Counted from the stretch's first letter, positions 49,397 to 60,578 are shown. The stretch is 64,000 bases of DNA from an uncultured Methylomirabilota bacterium (GCA_963718295.1 CAVQYV010000005.1:25933-89932); one strand, 5' to 3'. Notes: generated by a model not told the origin, from the sequence alone. A program made the numbers and translations.

Positions 49397-50977
49397 CTAC
49401 TGGATCGATTTCTCCAAGCCCACCGTGATGATCTTGGGGCGGACATGGGAGAAGATCCCTGCAGGCACCTCCATCGAAAATTCCCCAACCCTCTCGAAGG
49501 TGTCGGACTTGTAGATCACGAGCTTGTCCCCCTGGTATCCGGCGCTCACGTAGAGATAGTCGCCCCTGGCGGTGTACTCCGGGAAGTGAGCATGACCGCC
49601 GACCGTGACGGTCTTGACCACATCGAGGCTTTCCTTGTCAATGAGCTGGATCTTACCGGCATTAGGCCCCGTGCCCACGATATCCACCACGATGTACCGA
49701 GCTTGGGGATGAGCTGCGGGCGATTCCGTGGGTCCGAGCACCGGTATCTGCTTCACCACCTGCCAGGTATCCAAATCCCAGACGGAGACCACGCTCTTGT
49801 CGCAGCCACCGATGTTGGTCCCCACACCCAGAGTTCGGCCCCCCACCTTCACCACCGCACCTGAGCCGACATGGGGCTGGCATCCCCCGGGTATCTTCTG
49901 GACGATCTTCTTCTCCTTCAGATCAATGGCCGAATACACATTGTCCTCATAGGAGGCGATCATCAAATAGCGCCCATCCGGGGAAAGAAATCCGTCGTGC
50001 AGGCGCCTACCCACGTTCTCCACCTTGGTGATGGGCATGCCAGGCTTGTTGTACTCGATGATCCAGACCTGGCCCGCATCCTTCAAGGCGATCACCAAAT
50101 AATCCGCGAAGGGCGTCCCGGTCACCATTCCGGAGCGAGATTCGACCCTATTGCCGTCCGGGTCCGTCCCTTTCAGCTCCATGAACTTCACTGGCTCCAG
50201 CGTCTTGGCATCCAGGATGACTGCGGTTTGGGGGACAAACGAACCGGCCATCACATAGCGGCCATCCCTCGATACCGCAAGGGGAGGCCCGTTGAATCCG
50301 ATGCGGACCCTTCGCACCGCCTGCAGGGAATAGAGGTCCATCTTGTACACATGGCCCGAGTCGGTCTTGATGTAGGCCCAGCGCGGGTCAGTGGGGTGGT
50401 AATCGACCAGATGGGGGGCATGGCTGGTGGGAATTTCGCCGACCTTCCGGTTGGTCTTTCCATCGAAGAATACCACCTTGCTGTTGCCAGTGGCGTAACG
50501 CCCTCGGGACATGACCGCCATCAGGTCATCCAGATCCTCGATGGGATAGGTCGGCTGGGACGGAAGTGCAGATTCATCCTCGACATAGACCTCCAGCGAC
50601 TTCTGGATGTCTTCCATGCCCCAGGATACATTGGCCTTGGAAGTGCTCTTGAAAAGGGCGGCCAGCTTGCGGATGTCGGCTGGGGGAAGTTTGCCTCCCC
50701 AGGGCGGCATCAGGGTATCCATGACCCCGGTCGTGATCATGGTCCTGAGGGCAGCTTCACTCAATGGCTTCAGGGCTTCCTTCGTCAAAGCCGGCCCTAT
50801 GAAACCGCCCCGGTCCGCACCATGGCAAACGGCACAGTTCTTGGCGAAGATCCCCTCGGCGTCCTCCAGGTCCCCAGCGATTGCCGTGGCCCAGGGAAAG
50901 ACGAAAAGCGCCCCTACGATGACCGCTCCGTAAATGGCCTTTGTCAACCGATCATAGGTTCCGCGATAGGTTCTCAT
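49397..50977 (-). CDS. Cytochrome cd1 nitrite reductase family protein (NirS or NirN). It has an N-terminal c-heme domain plus a d1 beta-propeller.
   Basis: CAVCH heme motif with a distal Met region (…LMPPW). The long beta-propeller portion has conserved His residues. 526 aa. Confidence 0.75.
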   Translation of the reverse strand: MRTYRGTYDRLTKAIYGAVIVGALFVFPWATAIAGDLEDAEGIFAKNCAVCHGADRGGFIGPALTKEALKPLSEAALRTMITTGVMDTLMPPWGGKLPPADIRKLAALFKSTSKANVSWGMEDIQKSLEVYVEDESALPSQPTYPIEDLDDLMAVMSRGRYATGNSKVVFFDGKTNRKVGEIPTSHAPHLVDYHPTDPRWAYIKTDSGHVYKMDLYSLQAVRRVRIGFNGPPLAVSRDGRYVMAGSFVPQTAVILDAKTLEPVKFMELKGTDPDGNRVESRSGMVTGTPFADYLVIALKDAGQVWIIEYNKPGMPITKVENVGRRLHDGFLSPDGRYLMIASYEDNVYSAIDLKEKKIVQKIPGGCQPHVGSGAVVKVGGRTLGVGTNIGGCDKSVVSVWDLDTWQVVKQIPVLGPTESPAAHPQARYIVVDIVGTGPNAGKIQLIDKESLDVVKTVTVGGHAHFPEYTARGDYLYVSAGYQGDKLVIYKSDTFERVGEFSMEVPAGIFSHVRPKIITVGLEKSIQ

Positions 50978-51696
50978 CCTCGTCCCCTCCTTTCTTTTCC
51001 TCTGCTCTCATGATTCCCCTTTGATTCGATTTGTCTATGATCCAAATCATAAGCGGCCTTTCCATATCCCCTTGATCAGGTCCACCACCAGGGCGACTTG
51101 GGCCTTGCCTGCCTGGTGGGACGGAAACGTACTTCTGGACATAGAGGTCCAAGGACTTGGGAGAGAGGGATTGGGTCATGATGGGGTAACAATATCCGCC
51201 GTTTGCCCTGAGCCTGTCAGGAAAGATGGCCATCAGCCCATGAAAATTGCCTTTTCCGGCGGAATCGCCCTCAGATAGGGCGTAGCGCAATGGGCGGCGA
51301 TGACCTTGACCCCCAGATCCAGGGCCTTTTTCAGCCTTCTTGGATCATTGAATTTATGGGAGCCGGATTTGGAGGTCGACACAGCCAGTTCGGCACCGGT
51401 ATGGCTGAGGAGGGGGACCTTTTATTGGGCGAGGATTTCATGGAAGGGGATACATCGGTCATCTTTGGGATCGATCTGCTGGCTGGATCGGATTCACTTG
51501 AAAAGCACGGCACCTTGGTCCAGGCATCGCCGGGTCTCCGTTACCTCAATAATTACCCGCACCTTAGCTCATGATTTTAATGTAATCTCCTCTCTCGGCT
51601 GAGTCAATACCTTATTTTCATTTGATTTTCTGATCTCGCTGGAGCAAAGCATAAAAGCATTATGCATGATGGGAGTGGTCTGGTCCCCAAGGAGGG

Positions 51697-52431
51697 TCAG
51701 TGGGCGGGGGAGGAAGCTGTAGGCCGGGATTCCACGCGGGCGGAGGCGCGAGCCCTCAGGACGTCCTGCTGGATATCGATTTTCACCCCCGTCGGCTCCA
51801 GGTGGAGGAGATGATCGGATTCCCATCGGCTCTCCTGCAGGGAGAACTCCTGGGGGACCATGTAGGGTGAAAGGTCCAGGATCTCCAGCCTCATGCCTTG
51901 GAGGGCCTTGTTGACCTGGGATCTTACGATTCTCTCGAAACCCGGGATGAGGCGAAGCACCTCATAGAATCCTTCGGAGCTCTTTAGATCGAGGCTCAAT
52001 ACCTCCACCTTCAGCAGGAGCTTCTTGGCAGCCTCATCGATCCACGGAACCAAGGAGAGATCGGAGCTGAAGTCCACGCTGGTATTGACCTGCATCGGCT
52101 TACCCAAGGGGATGCCCAGCGCCTCGCCGGCTCGAAGGTCATAGAGGATCCAAATGGTCCCCTCCAGGCCCGTGAAGATCTTTCCCTCCCCCATCTTGGT
52201 CACCCAGGTTCGGTGGATGAGCAGCCTCGCCGACTGAAGGTCATCGCGGCTTTTGCCCCAATAGGAAATGGTGGTCCCTTCGAGGGACTTCAGCAGCGTT
52301 GCCAGTGATTCCCGAGGGAAGGAGATATCGAAGTGAACCTCCTGAGCCAGCGCCACCGGGGCCACGGACAGGGCCAGTGCCGCTCCCGTCAAGGCCATGC
52401 TCATGCAGATCGCGATCCAACGAATTTTCAT
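51697..52431 (-). CDS. Secreted hypothetical protein.
   Basis: Signal peptide MKIRWIAICMSMALTGAALALSVAPVALA. No recognizable family. Confidence 0.45.
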   Translation of the reverse strand: MKIRWIAICMSMALTGAALALSVAPVALAQEVHFDISFPRESLATLLKSLEGTTISYWGKSRDDLQSARLLIHRTWVTKMGEGKIFTGLEGTIWILYDLRAGEALGIPLGKPMQVNTSVDFSSDLSLVPWIDEAAKKLLLKVEVLSLDLKSSEGFYEVLRLIPGFERIVRSQVNKALQGMRLEILDLSPYMVPQEFSLQESRWESDHLLHLEPTGVKIDIQQDVLRARASARVESRPTASSPAH

Positions 52432-52437
52432 GGAATC

Positions 52438-53142
52438 CTAATCCTTCTTTTCAGGTGAGAGGGCCTCGATACCGAAAGGAAATACGCATTCCTCCACCTC
52501 CAGGCCCTTGTCCGCCAAAACGAAAGAGGTCTTCAGGGCCGCTATCTTGGCCTTGGGGTGAAGAGAACCGAAGAGGACCAATCCTTGTCTGGACTCCCCG
52601 GGAAGGATGGGAGCGGGGGAAAAGAGCAGGCCGGCCAGGACCTTGATCTTCTGCTGCCCCCCTCCCTCTTCGGACAGATTCCGATAGAGCTCCGTATACT
52701 CGATGGGCTGCAGCTCGCTTCCCTTGTCGCCCCCGAAGGTGGCGAAGCGCCCTCCCGTGACCATGGGTACTTTGGAGCTGTTGGTCGCGGTGATGAGGAA
52801 TGCGTTGGTGCCCTCAAACCAGGCGGGAGCGGGATCGAAGAGGGCGGGGTTCGGAGAGTGGGAGGCCAGATGGGCCTGCAACTCCGGCTTCTTGAGATAT
52901 TTCACCTCCACCGTCGATCTCTCGGAGCCGCAGACCAGAAAGCCATCCTTGATCTCGTGGCCCGCTTCCACCCAGGCGGGGCTGGGGGCCAGCTGCCTTT
53001 CCCCTACGATCTGGGGGGCGCATCCCGAGAGGGCCGCGCCCAGGACGAGCGAAGAGAGGACGACAAAGGAGAGGAGAAGGAATCGGATCCGGGGAACCCG
53101 TCCCCGCCCTCCCCTGGCTCGCCTACCGGGCCCGCTCTTCAA
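52438..53142 (-). CDS. Hypothetical lipoprotein.
   Basis: Lipobox ALSGC. Its start overlaps the htpX stop. Confidence 0.45.
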   Translation of the reverse strand: MKSGPGRRARGGRGRVPRIRFLLLSFVVLSSLVLGAALSGCAPQIVGERQLAPSPAWVEAGHEIKDGFLVCGSERSTVEVKYLKKPELQAHLASHSPNPALFDPAPAWFEGTNAFLITATNSSKVPMVTGGRFATFGGDKGSELQPIEYTELYRNLSEEGGGQQKIKVLAGLLFSPAPILPGESRQGLVLFGSLHPKAKIAALKTSFVLADKGLEVEECVFPFGIEALSPEKKD

Positions 53143-53993
53143 GCGATCCTCATGGCCCGCAGGCGTGCAACCCGTTCCTCGATGGGCGGATGGGTGGAAA
53201 AGAGGGAGAGAAAGCTTCTCCCTCTCAGAGGGTTCACGATGAAGAGATGGGAGGTGGCGGGATTGGCAGCCATAGGAATCCTCTCCGCCCCTAACTCCAA
53301 TTTCTGCAGGGCATCGGCCAGCCTCCCCGGGCTTTTGGTGATGCGGGCAGAGCCCTCATCGGCCAGATACTCCCGGGAGCGGGATATGGCCAACTGGATG
53401 AGCGTGGCGGCAACGGGGGCCAGGATCGCCATGAAGATAAAGCCCAGGGCCCCTCCGCCCCGGTCCTCCTCATCCCGCCCTCCAAACCCACCGAAGATGG
53501 CAGTCCACTTGGCCATATTAGCCAACATGACGATCACGCCCGCCATGGTGGCAGCAATGGTGGCAATCAGGGTATCCCGGTGCTTGATATGGGAGAGCTC
53601 ATGGGCGAGAACCCCTTCCAATTCCCCGCTGGAAAGGATCCGGAGGATCCCCTCGGTCACCGCCACCGCCGCGTGCTGGGGCGAGCGCCCGGTGGCAAAG
53701 GCATTGGGGGTTTCATTGGGCACGATATAGACCTTGGGCATGGGGATGCCGGCCCTCTGGGCCAAGCCCCGCACGACCCGAAACAGCTCCGGGGCATCTG
53801 CCTCCTGAACCTCCCGGGCACGATACAGGGCGAGAACGATCCGATCGGAGAACCAGTAACTCCCGAAATTCATGACCCCCGCAAAGATCAACGCAACCAT
53901 CATTCCCTGCCGCCCCCCCAAGTAGTTGCCGAGCAGGACAAACAGCCCTGTCAGCAGTCCTAAAAGCAGAGCGGTCTTAAAGGTGTTCGACAT
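53139..53993 (-). CDS. htpX: Zinc metalloprotease HtpX (M48 family).
   Basis: HELSH zinc motif, TM helices, full-length HtpX similarity. Confidence 0.85.
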   Translation of the reverse strand: MSNTFKTALLLGLLTGLFVLLGNYLGGRQGMMVALIFAGVMNFGSYWFSDRIVLALYRAREVQEADAPELFRVVRGLAQRAGIPMPKVYIVPNETPNAFATGRSPQHAAVAVTEGILRILSSGELEGVLAHELSHIKHRDTLIATIAATMAGVIVMLANMAKWTAIFGGFGGRDEEDRGGGALGFIFMAILAPVAATLIQLAISRSREYLADEGSARITKSPGRLADALQKLELGAERIPMAANPATSHLFIVNPLRGRSFLSLFSTHPPIEERVARLRAMRIA

Positions 53994-54046
53994 CTTGACT
54001 CCTCCCTATTGTCAGCCTATCGTCAGCCTGATCGAGCTTGCGCTCC

Positions 54047-54442
54047 CTATGCATCTTTTACCCTTCGCCTGAGGCCCATCTTCCCTACTGGCACCAGGGT
54101 TTCCTTGTTGTCCATATTAGCCGAATCGATCTCGTTTTTCAACTGTTCTCGGAGGACCAGAATGGTATTCTCCATCTGTCGTCCCATCTCCTCCATCCTC
54201 TCCCGCATATTGAGGACCACTTCCACGCCCGCCAGATTGACTCCCAAATCGCGAATGAGGCGGGTGATCATCTCGATGCGGTCCACGTCCTCCTGAGAAT
54301 AGAGGCGCGTGTTCCCCCCCGTCCGCGAGGGCCTGATCAATCCCTGCTTTTCATAAGCCCGGAGCGTCTGGGGATGAATCGAGAACATCTCTGCCACTAT
54401 GCTGATCATGTAAAGCGGTTTCTTTTCCTGGTTCGATTTCAT
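54047..54442 (-). CDS. hspR: MerR-family heat-shock repressor HspR.
   Basis: N-terminal MerR HTH (YMISIVAEMFSIHPQTLRAYEKQGLIRPSRTGGNTRLYSQEDV). Located immediately downstream of dnaJ in the dnaK operon, which is the canonical HspR arrangement. Confidence 0.75.
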   Translation of the reverse strand: MKSNQEKKPLYMISIVAEMFSIHPQTLRAYEKQGLIRPSRTGGNTRLYSQEDVDRIEMITRLIRDLGVNLAGVEVVLNMRERMEEMGRQMENTILVLREQLKNEIDSANMDNKETLVPVGKMGLRRRVKDA

Positions 54443-54459
54443 CTCTGCCTCTCAAAAGC

Positions 54460-55638
54460 TCAAAAGATGCGGGGAATATCCCTGCGGGGGTCTTCCGGAT
54501 TCAACCTTTCAAAATCCTTGAGCAATTGCTGGGAGCGATCGTCCAAGCCTTTGGGGACCACGATCTTCACCTCTACATATTGATCTCCCCGGCCTGAGCC
54601 CTTCAAATGAGGCACCCCCTTTCCCCGCAACCGAAATACCTGGCCACTGGAGGTCTCGGGAGGGATCCTCATCGAGGTCATCCCATCTACCGTAGGCACT
54701 TCGATCGCCGCCCCGAGAGCTGACTCCGATATGGAAATCGGCATCTTGCAATAGATATTATCCCCCTTGCGCTCGAAGAAGACGTGAGGACGAATGCGGG
54801 TAGTGATGTAAAGGTCCCCCGGGGGGGCTCCCATGGGACCTGCCTCCCCCTTTTCTGCCAATCGGACCTTCGATCCGTTATCCACGCCGGCGGGAATCTT
54901 CACCGAGAGGCGCTCGTTTTGCAGGGCGACCCCCCTGCCGGCGCAGGCGACGCAGGAAATCCTCTTTCTGCCCCGACCCCCACAAGCCGGGCAGGTCTGG
55001 CTCAAGCTCAGTGACCCCCTCGATACCTGCCTCTTCCCGGTTCCCCTGCATTCGGGACAGACCTGCTGGCTGGAGTCAGGTGCCTCCCCGGTCCCCTGAC
55101 AGGCGGAGCAGGCCACATGCCTCTGAACATTGACCTGGGTGGTCAATCCCCGCACCGCGTCCATGAAGTCCAGGTCCACGGTGTAATAGATATCCTCTCC
55201 CCTTCCCGGCTGCTGCGCCTCCTCCTGATACGATGGATACGATCCGCGCGAACTGCGGCGAAAGAGATCGGAGAAGAGATCGGAGAAACCGCCAGCGCCG
55301 CCGCCACCTCCGCCTGCGCCGGCCTCAAATCTCAGGTTGGAAAAATCGATATTGCTGAAATCGAAGCCCCCGAATCCGCCACCTGCGCCGGCGTCCGCCG
55401 GTCCCGGGCGATACGAGGGTCCCTGGTGTCCGAAGAGATCATACTGCTTCCGTTTCTCCGGATTGCTGAGGACTTCATAGGCCTCATTGATCTCCTTGAA
55501 TTTCGCCTCGGCCCCTTTGTCATTGGGATTGACATCCGGATGGTGTTTGCGGGCCAACCTGCGGTAGGCCTTTTTGATTTCCTTTTCGGCAGCCCCCTTG
55601 GGAACCCCCAAGACCTCATAGTAGTCTCTTTTGGCCAC
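54460..55638 (-). CDS. dnaJ: Molecular chaperone DnaJ.
   Basis: J domain with HPD. G/F-rich region. Four CxxCxGxG zinc-finger repeats. Confidence 0.9.
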   Translation of the reverse strand: MAKRDYYEVLGVPKGAAEKEIKKAYRRLARKHHPDVNPNDKGAEAKFKEINEAYEVLSNPEKRKQYDLFGHQGPSYRPGPADAGAGGGFGGFDFSNIDFSNLRFEAGAGGGGGGAGGFSDLFSDLFRRSSRGSYPSYQEEAQQPGRGEDIYYTVDLDFMDAVRGLTTQVNVQRHVACSACQGTGEAPDSSQQVCPECRGTGKRQVSRGSLSLSQTCPACGGRGRKRISCVACAGRGVALQNERLSVKIPAGVDNGSKVRLAEKGEAGPMGAPPGDLYITTRIRPHVFFERKGDNIYCKMPISISESALGAAIEVPTVDGMTSMRIPPETSSGQVFRLRGKGVPHLKGSGRGDQYVEVKIVVPKGLDDRSQQLLKDFERLNPEDPRRDIPRIF

Positions 55639-55809
55639 CCCACTTGCCCCTGTCGCTCCCGACGGTATGTTCGTTCGGTATTCCGCCTGACATCTGATGC
55701 TTAGGTATGATCGCTATGATAACGGGGGGAGGCCACGAAGGGAATGAAGTCGAGCCTTCTCGATCCCTCCTTCGTGGCCGCCGCCCCGAATCTTCAGTAA
55801 CTCCTGCTC

Positions 55810-56289
55810 CTATTTGACTTGCACTTGGATCTGCTTCGGCTTCGCCTCTTCCGCCTTGGGCAGGGAGATCTCCAGGATACCATCTTTGAAGGTGGCCTCG
55901 ATCCCTTCCTGCTTGACGGTATTGGGCAGCGTAAACGACCTCTGGAAGGTTCCGTAGGTCCGTTCCACCCGATGGTAATTCTCCTGCTGGACCTCCTTTT
56001 CGAACTTCTTCTTGCCCTTCAGGGTGAAGGTGTTGTCCTGAACCCGGATGTCGATATCCTCCTTCTTCAGGCCCGGAAGCTCCGCCTTGAGCACCAGCTT
56101 CTCTTCCGTCTCATAGATATCCATGGCTGGAGCCCAGGCGCCGGCAGCCAGGCCCTCTTCCTCGGTTCCCTTCATCTTGCCGAAGTACTCGCTGAAGAGC
56201 CGGTCCATTTCCCTCTGCAGGGAAGAAATCTCCCCCAAGGGCCCCCAGCGCCTCAGCCCGCGAAAAGGTTCCCACCTGGTGATTGCCAT
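55810..56289 (-). CDS. Hsp20 / alpha-crystallin family small heat-shock protein.
   Basis: Alpha-crystallin domain (…DIYETEEKLVLKAELPGLKKEDIDIRV…GILEISLPK). Confidence 0.85.
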   Translation of the reverse strand: MAITRWEPFRGLRRWGPLGEISSLQREMDRLFSEYFGKMKGTEEEGLAAGAWAPAMDIYETEEKLVLKAELPGLKKEDIDIRVQDNTFTLKGKKKFEKEVQQENYHRVERTYGTFQRSFTLPNTVKQEGIEATFKDGILEISLPKAEEAKPKQIQVQVK

Positions 56290-56365
56290 CTCCTTTCACC
56301 TCCCTTCTACTGAGATGATCGTTATAGGATCACAGGGCCGGTACGCCCCTCGATCTTCTTCAAAC

Positions 56366-58303
56366 TTACTTCTTACCCAGATCCTCGAATTCCGCATCCA
56401 CTACGTCGCCGGCGGGCTTGCCGCCATCTCCGCCCGAAGAGGGGCCAGCACTCCGATCCTCCCCTCCAGCATCTTTGGGGGCGGATCCGGAGGCGGCGCG
56501 GGCCTGGGCCTCTTTGTACATCACTTCGGCCAAATTATGGGAGGCCTTGGTGAGCTGATCCATCGCCTTCTTGATCCGATCCATATCCTGGCTTTCCAGC
56601 GCCTTTTTCCCCTCGGAGATGCCCTCTTCAATCGGGGAGATCTCGCTGATGGGGATCTTTTCCCGGTTCTCGTTAAGGGTCTTCTCCGTGGCGTAGATCA
56701 AATTATCGAGGTGGTTCCGGGTCTCGATGTCCTGGCGCCTCCGCTTGTCCTCCTCGGAATGGGCGTCGGCGTCCCTCACCATCTTCTTGATTTCCTCGTC
56801 GGTGAGGCCACTGGAGGCGGTGATGGTGATTTGCTGTTCCTTTCCGGTTCCCAGATCCTTCGCTGAGACATTGACGATGCCGTTGGCGTCGATATCGAAT
56901 GTCACCTCCACCTGGGGGATGCCTCGCGGCGCCGGGGGAATTCCCACCAGATGGAACTTGCCCAGGGTCCGGTTATCGGCCGCCATCTCCCGCTCCCCCT
57001 GGAGCACATGGATCTCCACACTGGTCTGGCTATCCGCGGCGGTGGTGAAGATCTCGCTCTTGCGGGTGGGGATGGTGGTATTGCGCTCGATCAGGCGGGT
57101 CATCACCCCTCCCAGGGTTTCGATTCCCAGGGAGAGCGGGGTGACATCGAGAAGGACCACATCCTTCACATCACCCGCCAGGACTCCGGCCTGTATGGCG
57201 GCTCCCACCGCGACCACCTCATCGGGGTTGACCCCCTTGTGGGGCTCCTTCCCGAAGAGCTCCTTGACCACCTGCTGCACCTTGGGCATGCGGGTCTGTC
57301 CACCCACCAGGATCACCTCATCGATATCCGAGGACTTGAAGCCTGCGTCCTCCAGGGCCCTCTTGCAGGGCCCGACGCTCCGCTGGATCAGATCATCCAC
57401 CAGCTGCTCCAGCTTCGCCCGGCTTAGCTTCATGGAGAGGTGCTTGGGGCCCGAGGCATCGGCAGTAATGAAGGGGAGATTGATCTCCGTCTCCATGGTG
57501 GTGGAGAGCTCGCACTTGGCTTTTTCCGCCGCCTCCTTCAGACGCTGCAACGCCATCCGGTCCTGGGAGAGATCGATACCCTGGTCTTTTTTGTACTCCT
57601 CGACGATCCAACGCATGACGCGCTCATCGAAGTCATCTCCACCCAGATGGGTATCTCCATTGGTGGATTTCACCTCGAACACGCCCTCCCCGATCTCCAG
57701 GATGGAGATATCAAAGGTCCCGCCGCCCAGATCATAGACGGCTATCTTCTGATCCTTCTTTTTATCCAGGCCGTAGGCCAGGGCTGAAGCCGTGGGCTCA
57801 TTGATGATCCGCAGTACCTCCAGTCCGGCAATCCTGCCGGCGTCCTTGGTGGCCTGCCGCTGGCTATCGTTGAAGTAAGCCGGAACGGTGATGACCGCCT
57901 GGGTAACTTTCTGGCCCAGGTAGGCCTCAGCAGACTCCTTCATCTTCTGCAGGACCATGGCCGAGATCTCGGGGGGGGAATACCCCTTCCCCTTGATCTC
58001 CACCGTGGCATCTCCGTTCTGGGCCCTGACGACCTTGAAGGGAACCAGCTTGATCTCCTGTTGCACCTCATCGTACTTGCGGCCCATAAATCGTTTGATG
58101 GAAAAGACGGTATTCTCCGAGTTGGTTACTGCCTGGCGCTTAGCCACCTGGCCTACCACTCTGTCCCCATCTTTGGTGAAGGCTACGACGGAAGGGGTTG
58201 TCCGGCCTCCCTCCGCACTGGGGATGACGACGGGATCGCCACCTTCCATAACCGACACCACCGAGTTGGTAGTTCCCAGGTCAATTCCAATTACCTTGCT
58301 CAC
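56366..58303 (-). CDS. dnaK: Molecular chaperone DnaK (Hsp70).
   Basis: Full-length Hsp70 with [16 protein letters not shown] and a C-terminal EEVD-like acidic tail. Confidence 0.95.
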   Translation of the reverse strand: MSKVIGIDLGTTNSVVSVMEGGDPVVIPSAEGGRTTPSVVAFTKDGDRVVGQVAKRQAVTNSENTVFSIKRFMGRKYDEVQQEIKLVPFKVVRAQNGDATVEIKGKGYSPPEISAMVLQKMKESAEAYLGQKVTQAVITVPAYFNDSQRQATKDAGRIAGLEVLRIINEPTASALAYGLDKKKDQKIAVYDLGGGTFDISILEIGEGVFEVKSTNGDTHLGGDDFDERVMRWIVEEYKKDQGIDLSQDRMALQRLKEAAEKAKCELSTTMETEINLPFITADASGPKHLSMKLSRAKLEQLVDDLIQRSVGPCKRALEDAGFKSSDIDEVILVGGQTRMPKVQQVVKELFGKEPHKGVNPDEVVAVGAAIQAGVLAGDVKDVVLLDVTPLSLGIETLGGVMTRLIERNTTIPTRKSEIFTTAADSQTSVEIHVLQGEREMAADNRTLGKFHLVGIPPAPRGIPQVEVTFDIDANGIVNVSAKDLGTGKEQQITITASSGLTDEEIKKMVRDADAHSEEDKRRRQDIETRNHLDNLIYATEKTLNENREKIPISEISPIEEGISEGKKALESQDMDRIKKAMDQLTKASHNLAEVMYKEAQARAASGSAPKDAGGEDRSAGPSSGGDGGKPAGDVVDAEFEDLGKK

Positions 58304-58810
58304 CGTAAACCTCCTTTTTTTCTCTTAAGAGATCCTGCTCTCTTGTTTTGGAGTCGATAAGAACAGCAGTTGCAAATGGAAATCGATGACTTCATTGAGT
58401 GGATAATATAAAATATGAGCCCCATCTTGTCAAGTCATTTTACAAAAAAATAGTAAACTTTTCAAATTGATGGCAGGAGGGGGCCTGGAGGGAGGAACGA
58501 CGCTTTGAGTCTATGCCCAGTTCGGCGGGATTCCCGACCGCCCGTCCCAGAAGTTGCTGAGATCTCTTGCAGAAACCGCCATCCCTGCCCCTCGAAGCGC
58601 TTGACAAATGATCTTGGAAGCGGTATTAAGTTCCTGCCCTTTTCTGCCTCCCTCCGTGACCCAAAGAGATATTTTCTCTGCACCTCGAGGGAACTCGGAT
58701 GGCCGAGGGAGGAGAAACCAAAATGGATTGGGGCTCCCCGCAGCGATCTGCGAGGATTGTGTGCGCCATGCACTTTCGTGCCCTGTAGTAAGGAGAGGAA
58801 GGAATCCCTC

Positions 58811-59476
58811 ATGACTTTCGACCCTGGGAGGAAACGGCCGGTTGACCTCCTGATCTTCGACCTGGACTGCACCTTGGCCGACACCAAATTTGATATCGCC
58901 CAGGCCACAAACTACGCCCTGAGGCATCTGGGCCTGCCGATGCTCCCCGTGGAAACGATCTATGGGTATATCGGCAATGGGGTGGAGAAGATCATCGAGC
59001 GGGCGCTGACCCAAGAACATGCATCTCTGCGGAAAGAAGCGCTGAACTTTTTCGGCGAGCACTACGATCGGCACCTTCTGGATCACACCCGCCTGTACCC
59101 CCGTGTTCGCGAGACCCTGGAGCATTTCCAGGGAAAGAAAAAGGCGGTAGCCACCAACAAGACCCTCAAATATACCTTGAAGATGCTCGAAGGTCTAAAA
59201 ATACGGTCCCACTTCGAGATGGTGTTGGGTGGAGACAGCACCGAACACAAAAAGCCCAATCCCGAACCCCTGGAGAAGATCATCCAGGGCCTGCAAGTGG
59301 AGCCCAACCGCGCAGTGATGGTGGGAGACAGTGTGCCAGATGTCTTGGCCGGCAAACGAGCTGGGTTGATTACCTGCGCCCTTAGCTATGGCCTGGGAAA
59401 GCGGGAGGATCTCCTTCAGGCGGCGCCTGATTACCTGCTGGATGACATGTGGCAGCTTACGGAGATATTGGCCTAA
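58811..59476 (+). CDS. HAD-family hydrolase (phosphoglycolate-phosphatase-like).
   Basis: DLDCTLADT motif I, a lysine-containing motif III and the GDSVPD motif. AGGAGAGGAAGG RBS. The upstream part of the long ORF is not coding. Confidence 0.7.
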   Translation: MTFDPGRKRPVDLLIFDLDCTLADTKFDIAQATNYALRHLGLPMLPVETIYGYIGNGVEKIIERALTQEHASLRKEALNFFGEHYDRHLLDHTRLYPRVRETLEHFQGKKKAVATNKTLKYTLKMLEGLKIRSHFEMVLGGDSTEHKKPNPEPLEKIIQGLQVEPNRAVMVGDSVPDVLAGKRAGLITCALSYGLGKREDLLQAAPDYLLDDMWQLTEILA

Positions 59477-59496
59477 GGGATTTAGCAAGGGGCTCA

Positions 59497-59823
59497 CCGA
59501 TGTTCCAATGTGGCCATTGCGGCCAGGAGTTGAAGATTGAAGGGCAGATCCGACGCGAGGAGGCCTGTCCGTCCTGCGGCGGCTACCTGCACTGTTGCCT
59601 GAATTGCAGGTTCTTCGCCGACGGCATTTCCCGCAGATGCAGCGAGCCCCAGGCGGAAGAGGTGCGGGATCGGTCGGCGGCCAATTTCTGCGGCTTCTTC
59701 GTCCTGGGTCGGGGCGGGGCTTCCTTTGCCTCGCTTCACTCGGATGCCAAGGCAGAAGAGGCCAAGGCCCGGTTCGAGGCACTCTTTCGCAAGGAGCCCA
59801 AGGGGGGCATGATACCGTCGTGA
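59497..59823 (+). CDS. Small Cys-rich (zinc-ribbon-like) hypothetical protein.
   Basis: CGHCG…CPSCG…CCLNC cysteine pairs. Its stop overlaps the nth GTG start. Confidence 0.4.
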   Translation, partial: PMFQCGHCGQELKIEGQIRREEACPSCGGYLHCCLNCRFFADGISRRCSEPQAEEVRDRSAANFCGFFVLGRGGASFASLHSDAKAEEAKARFEALFRKEPKGGMIPS

Positions 59824-60578
59824 AAGAAGGCCCCCGCATCCGTGAGATATGGAAGAAGCTGGAGGCCGAATATCGTGGAACGACCGTCGCCCTTCATTTC
59901 CAGAATCCTCTCCAGCTCTTGATTGCCACGATTCTGGCCGCCCAGTGTACCGATGAGAGGGTTAACGAGGTCACCCAGAGGCTCTTCCAGAAATATCCTA
60001 CGGCGGAGTCCTTCGCCAACGCAGATCCGGCGGAGCTGGAAGTGGACATTCGCCCCACCGGCTTCTTTCGCAACAAGGCGAAGGCGGTCATCGGCTCCTG
60101 CAGGAAGATCGTGGACTCCTTCGGAGGGCGGGTGCCGGCACGCCTGGAGGATCTGATGAATCTCCCGGGGGTGGGGCGAAAGACGGCCAATATCCTGCTG
60201 GGGAATGCCTTTGACCAGCAGGCGATTGCGGTGGACACCCATGTCTTCCGGGTCTCCCATCGCCTGGGCCTCACCCAGAGTTCGGATCCAGATCAGGTGG
60301 AGGAGGAGCTCACCCGCCTCATCCCCAAGCAGAATTGGACCCAAGCCACTCACTGGCTGGGTTGGCATGGCCGCAAGATCTGCCAGGCTAAGAAGCCCCT
60401 CTGCACCGTCTGCATCCTTTATGATCTCTGCCCTTGGGAGGGAAAACCGGTCGAGGCGGGGAAGGATTTCCGAGCCAAGAAAGATTCAAAGGAAAGGGCA
60501 GCGATCCGATCGCAGAAGACTGCTTCTTGCCCCTCAACCCTTTGGGCATTTGCCGGCAGACCTATCCATCCGATCTGA
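59820..60578 (+). CDS. nth: Endonuclease III (Nth), with a C-terminal extension.
   Basis: HhH-GPD motif LPGVGRKTANIL, catalytic Lys and Asp, and the 4Fe-4S cluster CxxxxxxCxxCxxxxxC (CQAKKPLCTVCILYDLC). GTG start overlaps the upstream stop. Confidence 0.8.
   Translation: MKEGPRIREIWKKLEAEYRGTTVALHFQNPLQLLIATILAAQCTDERVNEVTQRLFQKYPTAESFANADPAELEVDIRPTGFFRNKAKAVIGSCRKIVDSFGGRVPARLEDLMNLPGVGRKTANILLGNAFDQQAIAVDTHVFRVSHRLGLTQSSDPDQVEEELTRLIPKQNWTQATHWLGWHGRKICQAKKPLCTVCILYDLCPWEGKPVEAGKDFRAKKDSKERAAIRSQKTASCPSTLWAFAGRPIHPI

Noticed and set aside
50952-51602. ORFs 50952-51290 (-), 51021-51278 (+), 51290-51574 (+) and 51300-51602 (+) as possible nirD/L/G/H-type AsnC regulators
   Set aside because: No HTH or RAM-domain signature. 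The ORFs overlap mutually and have poor start contexts. They are reported only as a possibly decayed region.
58380-58440. CIRCE (HrcA) element upstream of dnaK
   Set aside because: No TTAGCACTC-N9-GAGTGCTAA-like inverted repeat is present. Only a partial HspR-type half-site was seen.
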